DNA of 64,000 bases from Planctomycetota bacterium. Its GTDB lineage: Bacteria > Planctomycetota > MHYJ01 > WSZJ01. The translations under genes and the position numbers were made by a program. Below are positions 7,273 through 15,828 of the stretch, piece by piece. The first letter of the stretch is position 1. Every line of letters begins with the position of its first letter. The stretch is from contig JBBTCT010000009.1 of NCBI GenBank assembly GCA_038060895.1, positions 112,082 through 176,081 on the forward strand. The letters are read 5' to 3'. Below the pieces are notes generated by a model, which worked only from the letters and a program-made list of their open reading frames with translations, had not been told where the DNA came from and ran no database searches.

Positions 7273-9629
7273 CGAAACTGCGCGTGGTGGTCTTCAGCTT
7301 TCTCCTGCTGCTTCCGTTCGGGGCGCTGGAAGCGCGGCTTTTCTGGATGCAGGTCCTGGCCACGGAGGAATTCCGCTCGCGCGGGGACTGGACGCGGGAG
7401 TGGGTGGAAGTGGTGCCGACGCCGCGGGGGAGGATCTTCGGCCGGCACGGGGAAGTTCTGGCGGCGGAGGAGCGGTGTTTCGACGTGGACGTGATGCTGG
7501 CAGATTTTGAAATGCCTCGCGTCAAGGGTCGCGAGCCGGAGCTGGATTACATGAAGCTCGCCCGGCTCATGAGGGACGCGCTCGGGCTGACGGGGGCAGG
7601 GGCGGGATTCGACGAGCGCCAGTGCGCGGCGATGCTGCGCGAGCGGGCGTATCCGGTGCGGACCCTTCTGGGGGCCGACGGGAAGACGCTCGTGGTGCCC
7701 GACTCGGAAGCGATCGGCGCGATGCTGCGATCGGGGGGAGTCCTGCCGCGGCCGGAGCCGGCGCTCATGTACGTGAAACTCGTGAGAGCGCTCAAGGCCG
7801 CGGACCGCGCGGCTCACGCGCGGTGCAACGTGCCCGGAAAGCCGCCGGTGAGCGCGCGCGACCGGCGCAACATCATCCGGCAGGAGTGGCGCCAGCCCTA
7901 CCGGCTCTGGCAGGGATTGTCGTACGACCAGATGAGCGAAATCGCAATCGATGAAGACGCCTTCCCCGGGCTTGAGATTCGCGCGCGCACGAAGCGCGTC
8001 TATCCGGCGGGACGGACATCCTGCCAGGCGGTGGGGTCCGTCGGCTTGATGGGTGAAGAGGAGTACCGGGATTTCGAAAGGGCAGGGGTGTTCCGGATCG
8101 AAGTGGGGCTCCCCCTGACGGAAGACAATCAAGCGTTCCGGAAGGAGAAAGCGGAAGCGAAGGAACCCGGTATGCGCCGCACGACCTGGCCGGATCGCGT
8201 GAATCGCGCGCTCGCCGGAAAAATCAGCGACGCCGAGTACGAACGGCTCGAGTTCCGCGGGGCCTTCTACGGCGACTGGGTCGGGAGAACGGGCATCGAA
8301 CGCTGGTACGAAGACGTGCTTGGCGGCGAACGCGGATTCGAACGGCGGGCCAAGAATCTGCTGACGAAGCGCGAGTGGATCGTCGAGCGCGTGGCGCCGG
8401 TCGTCGGGAAGGACGTCACTCTCGCGCTCGACATGCCGCTTCAGAGCAAGGCCGAGGAACTGCTCGACACGCTTCCGGGCGCCCTCAAGGGCTCGATCGT
8501 CCTGATGGACATCGCCACCGGCGACGTGCTGGTCCTTGCGAGCGCGCCCGGGTACGACGCGAACTGGCTCATCCCGCCGATGGGGAAAGAGGAGCTGGAC
8601 GCTCTTTACGATGCAGCCACGGCGCCGCTCCTGAATCGCCCGATCTCCGGCCGCTACCCGCTCGGCTCGATCTTCAAGACCATGACGGGCGCGGCGGGGC
8701 TTGAGTCCGGAAGGGTGACTGCGGCGGACCTGTTTCTTTGCCGCGGCCGGTACGACCCCGTCAAGTGGCCGAACAAGTTCGCATGCCATGGCAGCTGCGG
8801 AAGTCTCAGCCTGCGCGAAGCGCTGGGGCGATCGTGCAACTGCTTCTTCTTCGAAGCCGGGAATCGCGCGGGGATCGAATCCATCGCCGAAATGGCGAAC
8901 CGCTTCGGCCTCGGCCGTAAATCCGGCATCGACCTTCCTGGCGAAACCGCCGGTCAGATTCCCACGCCCGCCTGGCGTCGCGCCACGGGGCGCGGAAGGT
9001 GGGGATTCGCCGATACCCTGAACGTTTCGATCGGCCAGGGCGAAATGCTCGTGACGCCCCTGCAGGCCGCGCGCCTCATGGCGGGACTGGCTTCCGGGAG
9101 ACTCCCTGTGCCGCGCATGCGGCTCGATGGACCGGCGCGCTTCGAAGAGCTCAACCTCAAGCCCGAGACGCTGGCCACGATCCGGAACGGACTCGAAGCC
9201 GTGACCATGGGGGAGCATGTCGGCACCGCCTACGACAGTGGCCTCCGACTGTTCAGGGCCGCGGGCAAGACCTCGACGGCCCAGTCGGACTCGAAGCGCG
9301 TCTCCGAGGGCGGCCGGCAGAACCACGGCTGGTTCGCCGGGTACGTGCCCTTCGACAAACCGAAATACGCCTTCTGCGTGATGATCGAGGAAGGCGGGGC
9401 GGGAAGCGGCATTCCCGCGAAGACGGCGGCGCGGCTGCTCCACTCGATCTGGCCCGAGGTCGAGCTCCCGGGCGACGTGCTGAAGCCGACGGGCCCGGCG
9501 GCCAACGACGACGTGACCCCCGCGCCGCGCGACGAGACGAACGACGAGAGCGATTCCAGCGGAGAAACACAGGACGGACCCGCGCCTGACCCGCAGAGGT
9601 CTCCCCCCGGTCAGGAGCTGCCGCGATGA
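7269..9629 (+). CDS. mrdA: Penicillin-binding protein 2 (class B transpeptidase)
   Basis: TM anchor, PRGRIF, RVYP, GRTGIE, GKDVTLALD, YPLGSIFK (SxxK), SCN (SxN), GKTST, HGWF; GTGA overlap with mreD. Confidence 0.9.
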   Translation: MTKLRVVVFSFLLLLPFGALEARLFWMQVLATEEFRSRGDWTREWVEVVPTPRGRIFGRHGEVLAAEERCFDVDVMLADFEMPRVKGREPELDYMKLARLMRDALGLTGAGAGFDERQCAAMLRERAYPVRTLLGADGKTLVVPDSEAIGAMLRSGGVLPRPEPALMYVKLVRALKAADRAAHARCNVPGKPPVSARDRRNIIRQEWRQPYRLWQGLSYDQMSEIAIDEDAFPGLEIRARTKRVYPAGRTSCQAVGSVGLMGEEEYRDFERAGVFRIEVGLPLTEDNQAFRKEKAEAKEPGMRRTTWPDRVNRALAGKISDAEYERLEFRGAFYGDWVGRTGIERWYEDVLGGERGFERRAKNLLTKREWIVERVAPVVGKDVTLALDMPLQSKAEELLDTLPGALKGSIVLMDIATGDVLVLASAPGYDANWLIPPMGKEELDALYDAATAPLLNRPISGRYPLGSIFKTMTGAAGLESGRVTAADLFLCRGRYDPVKWPNKFACHGSCGSLSLREALGRSCNCFFFEAGNRAGIESIAEMANRFGLGRKSGIDLPGETAGQIPTPAWRRATGRGRWGFADTLNVSIGQGEMLVTPLQAARLMAGLASGRLPVPRMRLDGPARFEELNLKPETLATIRNGLEAVTMGEHVGTAYDSGLRLFRAAGKTSTAQSDSKRVSEGGRQNHGWFAGYVPFDKPKYAFCVMIEEGGAGSGIPAKTAARLLHSIWPEVELPGDVLKPTGPAANDDVTPAPRDETNDESDSSGETQDGPAPDPQRSPPGQELPR

Positions 9630-10858
9630 TGCTCCCCGGCCGCCTCTTTTCTCCCTCGATCCCGATCGTTCTGCCCGTGATGCTCCTGGTCGCGGTCGGG
9701 CTGACGTCGATCTTCGAAGCGGCGCCGCCGTTCCCGAAGTTTCCGGCCGAAGGAAATTTTCAGGCGGTGCTCAAGGAAGGCGGCTATCACGCCGCTTCCA
9801 CGATCGCGCTGAAGTCGTTCTTCGGGAAACAGTGCGTCGCGGCCTTCATCGGCGCCGTGCTGGCCTTCGTGGTGTCGCGCATGCGTCCGAACCGCATCCG
9901 CGCCGCCGGGTATTCGCTGTACGGGTCGTGCCTCGGCGTGCTGGCCGTGCTGTTCGTCCTGGGCCGCGTCCGCAACGGCGCCCGGTCGTGGTTTGTGCTC
10001 GGACCGGTTTCGATTCAGCCGAGCGAATTCATGAAGCTGTTCTTCGTGCTGACGCTCGCGCGCTTTCTCATGTGGCGGAAAACCCCCGACCGGATCGCGC
10101 GGCTCGCCGTGCCCGCCCTGCTTGCGCTGGTCCCTTTCGCGATCATCCTCCTGCAGCCAGATCTCGGCACCGCCTTGATTTTCCCGGCGATGTTCGTCGC
10201 GATGATGTGGGTGGCGGGGTGTCGGAAGCGGTACATGGCGATCGGCGTGGTCCTGGTTCTGATCGGGACTCCTGTTGCGTACAAGTTCGGGTTCAAGGAG
10301 TACCAGAAGAAGCGCTTCGAGGCATTCCTGAATCCGCAGGCGATGAGCCAGGATGCGGGATTCCAATTGCTGCAATCGCAGCGGGCGATCGGGTCGGGGA
10401 GGTGGGTCGGGAAGGGATTTGCGGAATCCGAGCAGGAGGGAACCGAGTCGTTTGTTCCCGAGCGTCACAACGATTTCATCTTCTCGGTCATCGGCGAAGA
10501 GTGGGGATTTCTGGGGGCCTCTGCGGTTCTGTCGCTGTTTCTCATCCTGCTTATGGCGATGGTCCATGGGGCTTTCCGGGCGCGGGATCCTTTCAGTCGA
10601 CTGGTCCTGACGGGGCTGTCCGCAGGGTTTGCGACGCAGATTTTCGTCAACGTCGGCATGACCATAGGCTTGGCCCCGATCACCGGAATTACTTTGCCAT
10701 TCTTGAGTTACGGAGGATCTTCCCTGGTCGCCTCACTGCTGTCCGCAGGGATAGCCTGGAACGTCGTTTCCCAGCATACGGTGACTCTCGCCGGGAAGGA
10801 CTTCCAGGAAGGAGCGGGCCAAGTTCTGGATATGGGAACCGACCCCTGGCGCCGGTAG
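9626..10858 (+). CDS. rodA: SEDS peptidoglycan glycosyltransferase RodA
   Basis: GARSW, IQPSEFMK, LQPDLGT, PERHNDFIFSVIGEEWG, TGITLPFLSYGGSS. Confidence 0.95.
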   Translation: MMLPGRLFSPSIPIVLPVMLLVAVGLTSIFEAAPPFPKFPAEGNFQAVLKEGGYHAASTIALKSFFGKQCVAAFIGAVLAFVVSRMRPNRIRAAGYSLYGSCLGVLAVLFVLGRVRNGARSWFVLGPVSIQPSEFMKLFFVLTLARFLMWRKTPDRIARLAVPALLALVPFAIILLQPDLGTALIFPAMFVAMMWVAGCRKRYMAIGVVLVLIGTPVAYKFGFKEYQKKRFEAFLNPQAMSQDAGFQLLQSQRAIGSGRWVGKGFAESEQEGTESFVPERHNDFIFSVIGEEWGFLGASAVLSLFLILLMAMVHGAFRARDPFSRLVLTGLSAGFATQIFVNVGMTIGLAPITGITLPFLSYGGSSLVASLLSAGIAWNVVSQHTVTLAGKDFQEGAGQVLDMGTDPWRR

Positions 10859-10924
10859 CTGCAACTCATTTGCCAGCAAGGGCTTTCGGCTATTTTCAAC
10901 GGGTTCTCCACACTCCCAAAATCC

Positions 10925-10952
10925 TTGACATATGATTTGGACCGCGTATAAT
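10925..10952 (+). promoter_or_regulatory. Sigma-70 promoter
   Basis: TTGACA-N16-TATAAT upstream of 10996 ATG. Confidence 0.7.
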
Positions 10953-10995
10953 GGCGCTTCTCAAATTGCTCTAACTCGGGAGTGCGCTTAGGCTT

Positions 10996-12015
10996 ATGTC
11001 AACGAAAGTCGCAAGGGACGCGGCTTCGGCCCGAAAGGCCACCCGCAACCTCCTCAAACAACTTCAGCGCCGCCATAAGCCTAATCCCGTCAAGCACGGC
11101 AAGACCTCGATCGAGCACCTCATCTACGTCATTCTCGCTCAGCGCAACCCCGAACGCCGCGCCGCCGGCGCTCTTCGCGATCTCCGTTCCCAGTTCGCCG
11201 GCTGGAACGAAGTCCGCGTCTCCTCCGTTCTCGAAATCGGAGAAGTCCTCCGCGCTCACAACGTCCTCAACCCCCTCCAGAAAGCCGAACAGGTCATTCG
11301 CGCCCTCTCACGCACCTTCTCGGACGTCCACAAGTTCAAGCTCGAGGACCTCTCGCGCGACGACGCCGAAGAAACGCGCGTCTACATGGCCCGCAAACTC
11401 GGCCTCCCCGGCTATGTCGTCGCCGATTACCTCTTCAGCTCCTTCGGCTACGGCCGCATCCCCATCGACGATTCCGTCGGCCGCTTCCTCCACCGCCTCG
11501 GCTTCGTCGCCGCCAAACACGAATTCCCCAAGTTCGAAAAAACAATCAGCGAAGGCCTGACGTCCCGCGAGTGCGCCGACGCCTACCGCATCCTCGACGC
11601 CTTCGCGACCGAAACCTGCACCGAGAAAGAACCCCACTGCCCCCGCTGCCCGCTCTTCAGCCAGTGCCCCGAAGGCAAGGCACGCAAAGCGGCTGCTGAA
11701 GCGGCGAAGCTGGCGCCTCCGATCGACGAAAAGGTGAAAGCCGCCGCGGATGCCGCAGCGTTGAAGGCGGAAGAAGCGGCCGCAAAGCTGTTGTCGCAGC
11801 CGGCGAAGCCGCCGATGTCGGCGCATCCCCCGAGGCCCGGTCAACCCGGCTCAGGAAAATCCGCCTTCGGCCGGCCCGGCGCCCGCTTCGGCATCCGGCC
11901 CGCATTCCGGCCGCCACTCCCCGCGCCGGCCGTCCTTAAGCCGCCTCCCCCGAAACCGGTCGCCGCCAGGCCCAGTCCCGGCGGAAGCGCGGCGAAGCAC
12001 AAGTCGAAGCGCTAG
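10996..12015 (+). CDS. Endonuclease III-like HhH-GPD protein with 4Fe-4S motif and basic Pro/Lys tail
   Basis: LIYVILAQ, WNEVRVS, IPIDD, C-x6-C-x2-C-x5-C (CTEKEPHCPRCPLFSQC). Confidence 0.75.
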   Translation: MSTKVARDAASARKATRNLLKQLQRRHKPNPVKHGKTSIEHLIYVILAQRNPERRAAGALRDLRSQFAGWNEVRVSSVLEIGEVLRAHNVLNPLQKAEQVIRALSRTFSDVHKFKLEDLSRDDAEETRVYMARKLGLPGYVVADYLFSSFGYGRIPIDDSVGRFLHRLGFVAAKHEFPKFEKTISEGLTSRECADAYRILDAFATETCTEKEPHCPRCPLFSQCPEGKARKAAAEAAKLAPPIDEKVKAAADAAALKAEEAAAKLLSQPAKPPMSAHPPRPGQPGSGKSAFGRPGARFGIRPAFRPPLPAPAVLKPPPPKPVAARPSPGGSAAKHKSKR

Positions 12016-12104
12016 CACCGCAGGGAGCGCGAGGATTCCTTTCCGCGTCTCACCGCCGGGTATAATCTCTTCACCCGTCCCGCCGAGTCACACAGGAGGA
12101 TTTC

Positions 12105-12842
12105 ATGTCAGGCCATAGTCATTGGGCGACGATCAAGCACAAGAAGGCCGCCACCGACGCCAAGAAGGGCAAGGCGTTTTCGAAGGTCGTGAAGTTGATC
12201 ATGGCGGCCGCGAAGAAGGGCGGCGGCGACCCGAAGATGAACCTCAAGCTGGCGTACGCGCTGGAAGAAGGCAAGGCCTGCAATCTTCCGAAGGACACGG
12301 TCGAGAAGGCGATCAAGAAGGGAACGGGCGAGCTCGAGGGCGTGAGCTACGAGGAAGTCACCTACGAGGGCTACGGCCCGGGAGGGATCGCGGTCATCGC
12401 GGACGCGCTCACGGACAACATTCACCGCACGGTCTCCGAGATCCGCAAGATCTTCGAGTCCAAGGGCGGCAAGATGGGCGACCGGAATTGCGTGGCGTAC
12501 ATGTTTGAAAAGAAAGGCCTGATCCTGATTCCCAGGGGGACGCTGAACGACGACAAGGCGATGGAACTCGGGCTCGAGATCGGCGCGGAGGACGTGCAGC
12601 CCATTGAAGACGGCTACGAGGTGACTTGCGCCGCCGGAGACTTCGGCACTGTCGTGAATGCCCTGAAAGCCAGGAAGATCGAACCTGTCTCCGCCGCCGT
12701 TCCTCGCCTCGCCAAGGACCGCATCCCGCTGGACCCGGAGAAGGCGCGGAAGGCTCTGAACCTGATGGAAGCGCTCGAAGAGCACGAGGACGTCAACGAG
12801 GTCGCGTCGAATTTTGATCTTCCGGCGGGATTCACCGAGTAA
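12105..12842 (+). CDS. yebC: YebC/PmpR family protein
   Basis: MSGHSHWATIKHKK, YEGYGPGG, LTDN; AGGAGG RBS; TATAAT at 12061. Confidence 0.95.
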   Translation: MSGHSHWATIKHKKAATDAKKGKAFSKVVKLIMAAAKKGGGDPKMNLKLAYALEEGKACNLPKDTVEKAIKKGTGELEGVSYEEVTYEGYGPGGIAVIADALTDNIHRTVSEIRKIFESKGGKMGDRNCVAYMFEKKGLILIPRGTLNDDKAMELGLEIGAEDVQPIEDGYEVTCAAGDFGTVVNALKARKIEPVSAAVPRLAKDRIPLDPEKARKALNLMEALEEHEDVNEVASNFDLPAGFTE

Positions 12843-12859
12843 CTGGCGAGGACAAGCCC

Positions 12860-13228
12860 ATGCCCCGGATCATGCTGAAGGGCGTTGCCGGCATCGTGAA
12901 GGATGAATCCTTCCCGATCGAGCCGGGGCAGGATGTCGTGCTCGGCCGGAGCCGTTCGTGCGAGATTTCGCTGAAGTCATGCCGGGCGTATTCGCTGATG
13001 GAGCCGGAGCAGAGGGACAAGGACGAGGGGCTCCTGACTGTTTCGCGGAAGCACGTACGGATCCGCTTCATCAAGACTGACGGGATTGAAATCGAGGACC
13101 TGAGCTCGAACGGGACGTTTCTGGACGGGAAGAAGGTCGAGAAGATGACGATTACGGATCTTCCCGCGAAGTCGTGCGAGCTGCGCCTCGGCCGGCGCGA
13201 GACGTTCAAGATGGAATTTGTCGCCTGA
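12860..13228 (+). CDS. FHA domain protein
   Basis: VLGRS, VSRKH, EDLSSNGTFLDG. Confidence 0.85.
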   Translation: MPRIMLKGVAGIVKDESFPIEPGQDVVLGRSRSCEISLKSCRAYSLMEPEQRDKDEGLLTVSRKHVRIRFIKTDGIEIEDLSSNGTFLDGKKVEKMTITDLPAKSCELRLGRRETFKMEFVA

Positions 13229-13339
13229 GCGCGCGGGGGGTGAACTCGAATCGAGCTGCGTCGGCCGGGTCAGCGTTGCCTGGACGGGAGATCTTGAAGG
13301 CCGACTCCGCCCCATTCGAGTCCACCCGCCGCGCGCTCA
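13226..13339. repeat. Palindromic intergenic element (about 40-bp imperfect arms)
   Basis: TGAGCGCGCGGGGGGTGAACTCGAAT...ATTCGAGTCCACCCGCCGCGCGCTCA; related to 14290-14439. Confidence 0.7.
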
Positions 13340-13402
13340 CCCTGATCCCATGACCGCGGGTCTCTTCCACGCGGACGAAGCGCGGCTTAGACTCGACCTC
13401 GC

Positions 13403-14293
13403 ATGCCGCGTTCACCTCGAATCCTTATCACCCTCGGCGATCCCCTCGGCATCGGCCCTGAGATCGTCGCTGCCGCGAAGAAGGCGTTTCCCCACGCGAC
13501 CACCGTCGGACCGGGGGCTGACATCGGGGTTGAGTGCGAGAAATTGCCGAAGCGGCGCGGGCCCTGCGCCGAGGGCGGCGCGGCGGCAATTGCGGCGCTT
13601 CGCCGGGCCGCGGAAATGTGCCTGGCGGGGGAAGCGGACGCGGTCGTGACGGCGCCGATTTCGAAGGAAGCGCTGAAGCTTGCGGGGGAGCCGTTTCCGG
13701 GGCACACAGAGTTCTTCGCAAAAGTCTGCGCCGTCAAGCGGCCGGTGATGGCGTTCTCGGCCGGCGACCTGTTCGTCAGCCTGGCGACGATTCATGTCGC
13801 GCTGAAGCGCGTCCCCCTGGCGGTGACGCGCGAGGCCGTGCTGACCGCCATCGAGCGAACGGACAAGGCGTTGCGTGAATGGTTTGGCAAGCCGCGCCCA
13901 CACATCGCCGTGTGCGGCCTGAACCCGCACGCGGGCGAGAACGGGCTCTTCGGCCGCGAAGAGATCAAGGTCATCGGCCCGGCGATCGAGGAAGCCTGCA
14001 AAAAAAATATCAATGCCACCGGCCCTCACCCGGCCGATTCGCTCTTCGCAAAGCGCGATTTCGACGGCGCGGTCGCGATGTATCACGACCAGGGGCTGGT
14101 AGCCGTGAAAGCGCTCGCCTGGAAAACGGCCGTCAACCTGACGTTGGGGTTGCCCTTCGTCCGCACCTCTCCCGATCACGGGACCGCCTTCGACATAGCG
14201 GGTAAGGGCACTGCGGACGCCACGTCGATGCTGGAGGCCGTCCGTCTAGCCGATCGCATCGTGCGCAGGTCCTCAAGTTCGAGCCTCTTCTAA
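13403..14293 (+). CDS. pdxA: 4-hydroxythreonine-4-phosphate dehydrogenase
   Basis: GDPLGIGPE, TAPISK, GHTE, GLNPHAGE, AMYHDQG, RTSPDHGTAFDIAG. Confidence 0.95.
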   Translation: MPRSPRILITLGDPLGIGPEIVAAAKKAFPHATTVGPGADIGVECEKLPKRRGPCAEGGAAAIAALRRAAEMCLAGEADAVVTAPISKEALKLAGEPFPGHTEFFAKVCAVKRPVMAFSAGDLFVSLATIHVALKRVPLAVTREAVLTAIERTDKALREWFGKPRPHIAVCGLNPHAGENGLFGREEIKVIGPAIEEACKKNINATGPHPADSLFAKRDFDGAVAMYHDQGLVAVKALAWKTAVNLTLGLPFVRTSPDHGTAFDIAGKGTADATSMLEAVRLADRIVRRSSSSSLF

Positions 14294-14439
14294 GCGCGCG
14301 GGGGCGGGCGACCGAAGGCGTGGAAGGGGGCTCTCGAATCGCTTCGCCCGATCGCGTCCGGAAAACCGCACATTGAAGGGAGCGAAGCGATTCGAGAGCC
14401 CCCTTCCACGCCGCAGGCCGCCCGCCCCCGCGCGCTTAG
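14290..14439. repeat. Long palindromic element (about 58-bp arms) between convergent genes
   Basis: CTAAGCGCGCGGGGGCGGGCG...CTCTCGAATCGCTTCGC / GCGAAGCGATTCGAGAG...CGCCCGCCCCCGCGCGCTTAG; the arms contain both genes' TAA stops. Confidence 0.8.
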
Positions 14440-15731
14440 GGGACATCCATCGAAATGTCCTGCTTTTTCCCGCCGCGCACGATCGTCAGCTTGATCTTCT
14501 GTCCGGGGAGAAATTTCTGACGGATCACGGAGAGGAAATCGGTCTCCTTGTCCGGCATGGGCTGGCCGTTAAGTGCGATGATGACGTCCCCTGCCCGGAA
14601 ACCGGCCATTCCCGCGGGTCCTTTGGGTCCCGCGTTCCTGACCTTGAGGCCGCCCGCGCGCAGTCCGGCGGCGCTGCGGTCGGCATCGGTCAGCGACTCC
14701 ATCTGCATGCCGAGACGGAGGTCGTTGGCGGAGGTCCGCCAGGTGAAGTCCGCGGCTTTGCGCCAGTCCCCCGCGATCGCGATCGAGAGAGCCTTGCACT
14801 CTGCGCCCCTCTGGACCTGGACCTTGAGCGTGGCCTGGTCCGGGGAGTTATGAAGCACGAACTGGAAATCTGCGATCGACAGCATCGGCGCGCCGTTGAT
14901 CGAGAGAATGACGTCGCCGGCCTGCGCGCCGGCCTTCGCCGCCGGAGTCCCCGCCGCGACCGAGGCGATCTTCGCGCCGTCCGCGACGTCGATCGTGATG
15001 CCGATCGCGTCCGGCATCGGGTAGACCCAGAGCAGGTTGTCCGGGATGGGCTTCTTGTCGGACATGCGAGAGCGGCGCACGCCTTTCCAGACGTGGTGGC
15101 AATGGATGCAGTTGCGCGGAATGTCCGGGTTCCGGAACTGGACTTCGATCGCGGGCATCTGCTCAGGCATCTTGCCCAGGTTCGAGGCTTTGATGTTCTT
15201 GGAAGCGAGCGAAGGACGGTTGGCCGGGTAGCCCTTGTGGATGGCGAGCGCTTTCGTCATCGCTTCCTTGAGTCCGCTCGTCGAAAAGAGCGAGTCGCCA
15301 CCGTCCCGGCGCGACCCGTACCGGCCGTAGACGGTCATGTCCGCATTGATGAAGAACCCGGCCCAGGAGAGGTCGAAGTCGAAATTGAAGATCGCGGTGT
15401 CGACGCCCCGCATCTGGATGATCCGAACGAGGACGAACCCCTTGCTGAGTTCGTCGAGCCCGTCGCCGAGACGCGCCACCTGCGCGTCAAACTTGTTACA
15501 GCTGACTCAGGGCACTCACCGGAAGACGACGAGAATCGGCTTGTTCTCGCGCTTCGCCCTGGCGACGGCGGAAGGGAGGTCGTCGTAGATCCACGCGGGG
15601 TTGATTTCGGTGTTGTCGTTGATCTTGTCGCGCTTTTCGGCCGGCGTGTCGCCCGCGGGGAGACGTGAAGCGACAAGGGTGGCGAGGAGAGCTGCGAGGG
15701 CAGAGGAAGCGAAGAGTTTTGGGCGAATCAT
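14436..15731 (-). CDS. Secreted thioredoxin-like/CxxCH/2xPDZ selenoprotein, copy A (two Sec: UGA at 15516-15518 and 15507-15509)
   Basis: ORFs 15516-15731 and 14436-15479 are in one frame; junction reads KPILVVFR-TGA-V-P-TGA-V-S-C-NKFD; signal peptide; YGRYGSR, CIHCHH, two PDZ domains; SECIS-like hairpin downstream. Confidence 0.85.
15470..15488 (-). promoter_or_regulatory. Putative bacterial SECIS hairpin, copy A
   Basis: mRNA GACGCGC-AGGUG-GCGCGUC starting 18 nt after the second UGA. Confidence 0.7.
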
Positions 15732-15828
15732 AGGCGTGCCAGAAGGACGGAGGGAGTGCCGGAGCGTTACATCGGCGACCGGCGTCCATGGAGAGCGGAT
15801 GTAACTCCTTATGTATAAATGACTTGCA

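Noticed and set aside
15726-15742. Sigma-54-like TGGCACG upstream of selenoprotein copy A
   Set aside because: The -12 element reads TGAT rather than TTGC and overlaps the start codon.
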